This document shows, one piece after another, positions 60,581 through 64,000 of a stretch of 64,000 nucleotides of DNA. The translations under genes and the position numbers were made by a program. The notes under the pieces were generated by a model, which was not told the origin of the DNA, searched no databases, and was given only the letters and a program-made list of their open reading frames with translations. How positions within the stretch are numbered: the first letter of the stretch is position 1; every line of letters starts with the position of its first letter. This DNA comes from an uncultured delta proteobacterium (lineage in GTDB: Bacteria > Desulfobacterota > Desulfobacteria > Desulfobacterales > JAFDCJ01): the NCBI GenBank assembly GCA_963769935.1, contig CAVYNY010000020.1, positions 224,001-288,000 of the forward strand, written 5' to 3'.

Positions 60581-60672
60581 TCATATCTATCCCGCAAGGG
60601 GCTCACCAGGGCCCCTTGTGATACGATGATAAACAAACTCGGATGCCCGACGAAGCGGTGGAGAATAGTAAG

Positions 60673-61044
60673 ATGGACCGCGATAAGGGTGCGATTACCG
60701 TTTACTATGACGGAGCGTGCCCGAAATGTATCAGAGACAGGGAACTCTATGAAATGCTCTCCGGTAGGGCAGGAAAAAATGTTTACTGGCTTGATATTAC
60801 CGGTCAGGATGAGCGATTGCGTGAAATCGGCATCGACCCTCAGAAAGCGTTGCGGGAGCTTCATGTCAGCACCGAGGATCAACAAATCCTCACGGAGATC
60901 GATGCTTATATCCTGCTTATGAAAAAAGTGCCGCTGTTAAAACCGTTGGCCTGGCTGATTGCGCTGCCGTTTATTCGCTCAATGCTCTCAAGGGCTTATC
61001 ACAGACAGGTTAATCGCAGGCTAAGGCGCAGCGGACGGCTGTGA
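60673..61044 (+). CDS. DCC1-like thiol-disulfide oxidoreductase (DUF393)
   Basis: VYYDGACPKC. Confidence 0.85.
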   Translation: MDRDKGAITVYYDGACPKCIRDRELYEMLSGRAGKNVYWLDITGQDERLREIGIDPQKALRELHVSTEDQQILTEIDAYILLMKKVPLLKPLAWLIALPFIRSMLSRAYHRQVNRRLRRSGRL

Positions 61045-61068
61045 GAGCTAATGATTTTAGGAGTAAAT

Positions 61069-61398
61069 ATGACAAGCGAGTTGGCAAAAAAACAATGCAT
61101 CCCCTGCAAAGGAGGCGCGCCCCCATTGCAGGGAGAAGGTTTAGAAAATTTACGTAAGCAACTCGACGGCGAGTGGATGGTTGTCGATGACCATCACCTT
61201 GAGAGGCAGTACAAGTTCAAAAATTTTCGTCAAGCGCTGGCCTTCACCAATCAAGTCGGCGAGCTCGCCGAAGCCGAAGGTCACCATCCGGATATTTACC
61301 TGGCCTGGGGTAAAGTTAAACTGATGGTCTGGACGCACAAAATCGATGGACTGACGGAAAGCGACTTTATCTTCGCTGCGAAAGTTGACGAGTTGTAA
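61069..61398 (+). CDS. phhB: Pterin-4-alpha-carbinolamine dehydratase
   Basis: CIPC.GG, AEAEGHHPD, WTHKIDGLTESDFIFAAK. Confidence 0.93.
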   Translation: MTSELAKKQCIPCKGGAPPLQGEGLENLRKQLDGEWMVVDDHHLERQYKFKNFRQALAFTNQVGELAEAEGHHPDIYLAWGKVKLMVWTHKIDGLTESDFIFAAKVDEL

Positions 61399-61454
61399 TA
61401 AAATTTATGGTAATCTGCAATTTTGGGAAAGAAGATTTTTGGGGATAGTTCAAG

Positions 61455-63878
61455 CTACAGACTATATAGATCGCGCTTTTTCTTATTGACTTTGTAGATT
61501 GCATTGAGCAACTCGGCTGACGATGAAGTCTTGCTTATTAGCATGTCGGCTCCCGCTTGACATATGGTTTGTTTTATATGCTCATCATCATACATTGAAA
61601 GCCCTATCACGCGCATTTCAGGAAATTCTGTTTTTATATGGCGAGTAGCTTCGATACCGTCCATTCCCGGCATTGAAATGTCCATCACGACGATATCCGG
61701 TTGACTCATCCGAACCTGCTCTATGGCTTCCCGTCCATTGGTCGCCTCTCCCACGACATGAATATCCGGCTGGCTGGTGATGAGTTGTATCACTCCTTGT
61801 CGCATGACTTTGTGATCGTCGACAAAAAGAACCCGAATATCTGATTTACGGAAAGTGGTCTTAAGGCCGGTCGTCACCGGAGACAGTTGGGAGGACGGGG
61901 GCAATAGTTTTTGTGGATTCTCAGTTTGCTCTGCGGTGATGGGAACAGTCAGCATAAAGCGGCTGCCGCATCCAGGAGCACTTTCGATGGTCAAGCTGCC
62001 CCCGATGTGGTTGGCACGTTCTGTAATTGTCAAAAGCCCCAACCCGGTCCTTTTGTCAGACCCATGAATGACATCCGGACTAAATCCCTTCCCCTTGTCA
62101 GTGACGTTTATAATCAGGTTTTTCTCGGATATGGAAATGTTGACCCAGGCGTTTTTTACGTCAGCATACTTTACTATGTTAAACAGCAGTTCCTGTACGG
62201 AGCGGAAAAGAAAAATATTTAACGCCGTGTTATCAAATCGTTCTTTAGTCTGATTTTCAAAGTGTACGGTCAGCCCAAATTGTTTGCTCATTTGTATAAA
62301 CAGCCATTCCAAGCCAGCAACCAGCCCAGAATGGTGCAACACAACAGGACTTAATTCATGAGACAATCTGCGCGATTTGACGATGGACTCCTTTAATATA
62401 TCCTGCACCTTCTCAAGCAGTGGGTTTCCGGGTAAATTCACACAGGCGTTTTCCAATTGTAATTTGGCACTGGCCAGAAGCTGCTGCATGTCATTATGAA
62501 GCAATTGCGCTATTCGCTGCCGCTCATTTTCTTCAGCTTCTATTAATTGCACTGCCAGATTCTGGAGCTGCCTTGCGCGTGATTCAGCCAGTTCTGTGCG
62601 TTCAGCTACAATTTTTTCAAGGTTTTCATTCAATTGGCGCAATCTTAATTCGACTTGTCTTAAATCTTCGATATCGGTCGAGGTGCCGAACCATTTGATA
62701 AGCTTGCCTTGAGGATCATGAAACGGTATTGCACGGCTCAAGTGCCAGCGGTAGCTGCCGTCTTCATGTAGAACCCGATGCTCGCTATGATAAATTTTGC
62801 CCATTTGGATTGCTTGATTCCACGCAGCGACCGTCGGTGCCTTATCTTCCTCATACAGAGCCGGGCTCCACTTAAAGGATCCATTGGGCATCCGTTCGAT
62901 ACCCTGGTATTCCTTATACCGCTCATTGAAATAATCCACCTTTCCCTTCGGATCTGCCGTCCAAACCAGCTGCGGCATGCTGTTGGCAAGCATTCGAAAG
63001 CGCACTTCACTCTGCCGCAGCTTTTCTTCCGTCCTGCGCAGATTGGTCACATCCATTAAGGCGCCGATAACTCGGTAGGCCTGGCCTGACTCGTCGCGAA
63101 AGATGTGGGAACGGTCATATACGTTCGACCAGGTACCATCAGTGCACTGAAGTCGATATTCCATCACAAGCGATTCATCTCCGGCGGTCAAGGCCTTGTT
63201 AAAGATTGAGAACACGTGGTCTCGATCGTCCGGATGAATGCGTTCGGCCCACCATTCAATGGCGTTCTCCTTTTGTAGAGGGCCATCAATCAAGTATTGC
63301 CAGGGATTGTCCCAGACAACCGTGTTTTTGGATATGTTCCAGTCCCAGATAGCCAGACCTGCAGTATTGATTGCCAGACGGAGACGCTGTTCATTTTCTA
63401 TTAAAAAATTCTCCATTCGCCTTTGCTCTGTTATATCTATAGATGTTGAAGAAAGAGCAACAGGATCACCATTCCTGTCATAGACCAGGGAAGCTGACAC
63501 CTGAACATCGAAAATCGCTTCATTTTTCCGCCGCGCCTTGATCTTAGCAAACCATAATCCATCTCCCCGGAGGGCCTGCATGATTTCATCGAGTCTGTCT
63601 TCAACCAACCAAAATTGCCAAAAAGGCTTCCCCAGAGGCTCCTTCGGATCGTCAAAGCCCCACATGTGGTGGAAAGCCGGATTCCCATAAGTCATATTCC
63701 CTTCAAGGTCACAGGCAGCAATTGCACTTGAAGAGCATCTGATGATATCTTCCATGAAATGCAAGGCATCCTCAACCTGTGGCTGCTCGGGATGCCGGCT
63801 GCCGCGGCCGTTGGCGAGCCCGTCGGTGGATTTTCCCCGATTGGGTTTTGAAGATTTACCCAATTGGTTTTGGTTCAT
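61455..63878 (-). CDS. Hybrid sensor kinase: 3 PAS/PAC, HisKA_3, HATPase, receiver
   Basis: ERQRIAQLLHN, D.GKGF, GLGL, VDDH, MDISMP. Confidence 0.92.
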   Translation of the reverse strand: MNQNQLGKSSKPNRGKSTDGLANGRGSRHPEQPQVEDALHFMEDIIRCSSSAIAACDLEGNMTYGNPAFHHMWGFDDPKEPLGKPFWQFWLVEDRLDEIMQALRGDGLWFAKIKARRKNEAIFDVQVSASLVYDRNGDPVALSSTSIDITEQRRMENFLIENEQRLRLAINTAGLAIWDWNISKNTVVWDNPWQYLIDGPLQKENAIEWWAERIHPDDRDHVFSIFNKALTAGDESLVMEYRLQCTDGTWSNVYDRSHIFRDESGQAYRVIGALMDVTNLRRTEEKLRQSEVRFRMLANSMPQLVWTADPKGKVDYFNERYKEYQGIERMPNGSFKWSPALYEEDKAPTVAAWNQAIQMGKIYHSEHRVLHEDGSYRWHLSRAIPFHDPQGKLIKWFGTSTDIEDLRQVELRLRQLNENLEKIVAERTELAESRARQLQNLAVQLIEAEENERQRIAQLLHNDMQQLLASAKLQLENACVNLPGNPLLEKVQDILKESIVKSRRLSHELSPVVLHHSGLVAGLEWLFIQMSKQFGLTVHFENQTKERFDNTALNIFLFRSVQELLFNIVKYADVKNAWVNISISEKNLIINVTDKGKGFSPDVIHGSDKRTGLGLLTITERANHIGGSLTIESAPGCGSRFMLTVPITAEQTENPQKLLPPSSQLSPVTTGLKTTFRKSDIRVLFVDDHKVMRQGVIQLITSQPDIHVVGEATNGREAIEQVRMSQPDIVVMDISMPGMDGIEATRHIKTEFPEMRVIGLSMYDDEHIKQTICQAGADMLISKTSSSAELLNAIYKVNKKKRDLYSL

Positions 63879-64000
63879 TATTTTACCCCTGGAATTTGGG
63901 TTTTACCCATATTTCCAAACCAATTATGTATCGTTAATACTTATACCCTGTGATATCAAAGTAAATTGAGACCATATACAAAATCGTGAAAATTCATATA

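Overview
64-kb window from a GC-rich anaerobe, probably a Desulfobacterales-like deltaproteobacterium (inferred from gene content only). It has four blocks. (i) 1.2-16 kb and 24-30 kb: amine/histidine catabolism, with two non-pyrrolysine MttB-family methyltransferases, an aldehyde:ferredoxin oxidoreductase, hutH, a sarcosine-oxidase-like flavoprotein, a peptide/nickel-type ABC importer and hutU-ftcD-hutI-fchA. (ii) 16-24 kb: accessory patch with a SWIM-SNF2 helicase, a MORC/GHKL ATPase and a decayed integron with HigBA remnants. (iii) 33-51.5 kb, the most striking feature: an island with three fluoride (crcB-class) riboswitches and no recognisable Fluc/CLC-F exporter. The riboswitches instead lead a dynamin-like GTPase, a NiFe-less hydrogenase-4-like (Ehr) membrane complex, and an operon of a small helical protein, two MutS-domain-V ATPases with Walker-B D-to-N substitutions and an atypical P-loop protein. 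(iv) 51.5-64 kb: pqiAABC, thioredoxin, a 49-aa six-cysteine microprotein missing from the ORF track, DUF393, PCD and a PAS hybrid kinase. Intergenic DNA is rich in inverted arrays of 7-, 8- and 9-mer repeats; one pair brackets a four-helix-bundle gene inserted in the hut operon. Several long genes carry small frameshifts, from assembly error or recent decay. All assignments were made by eye, without database searches.
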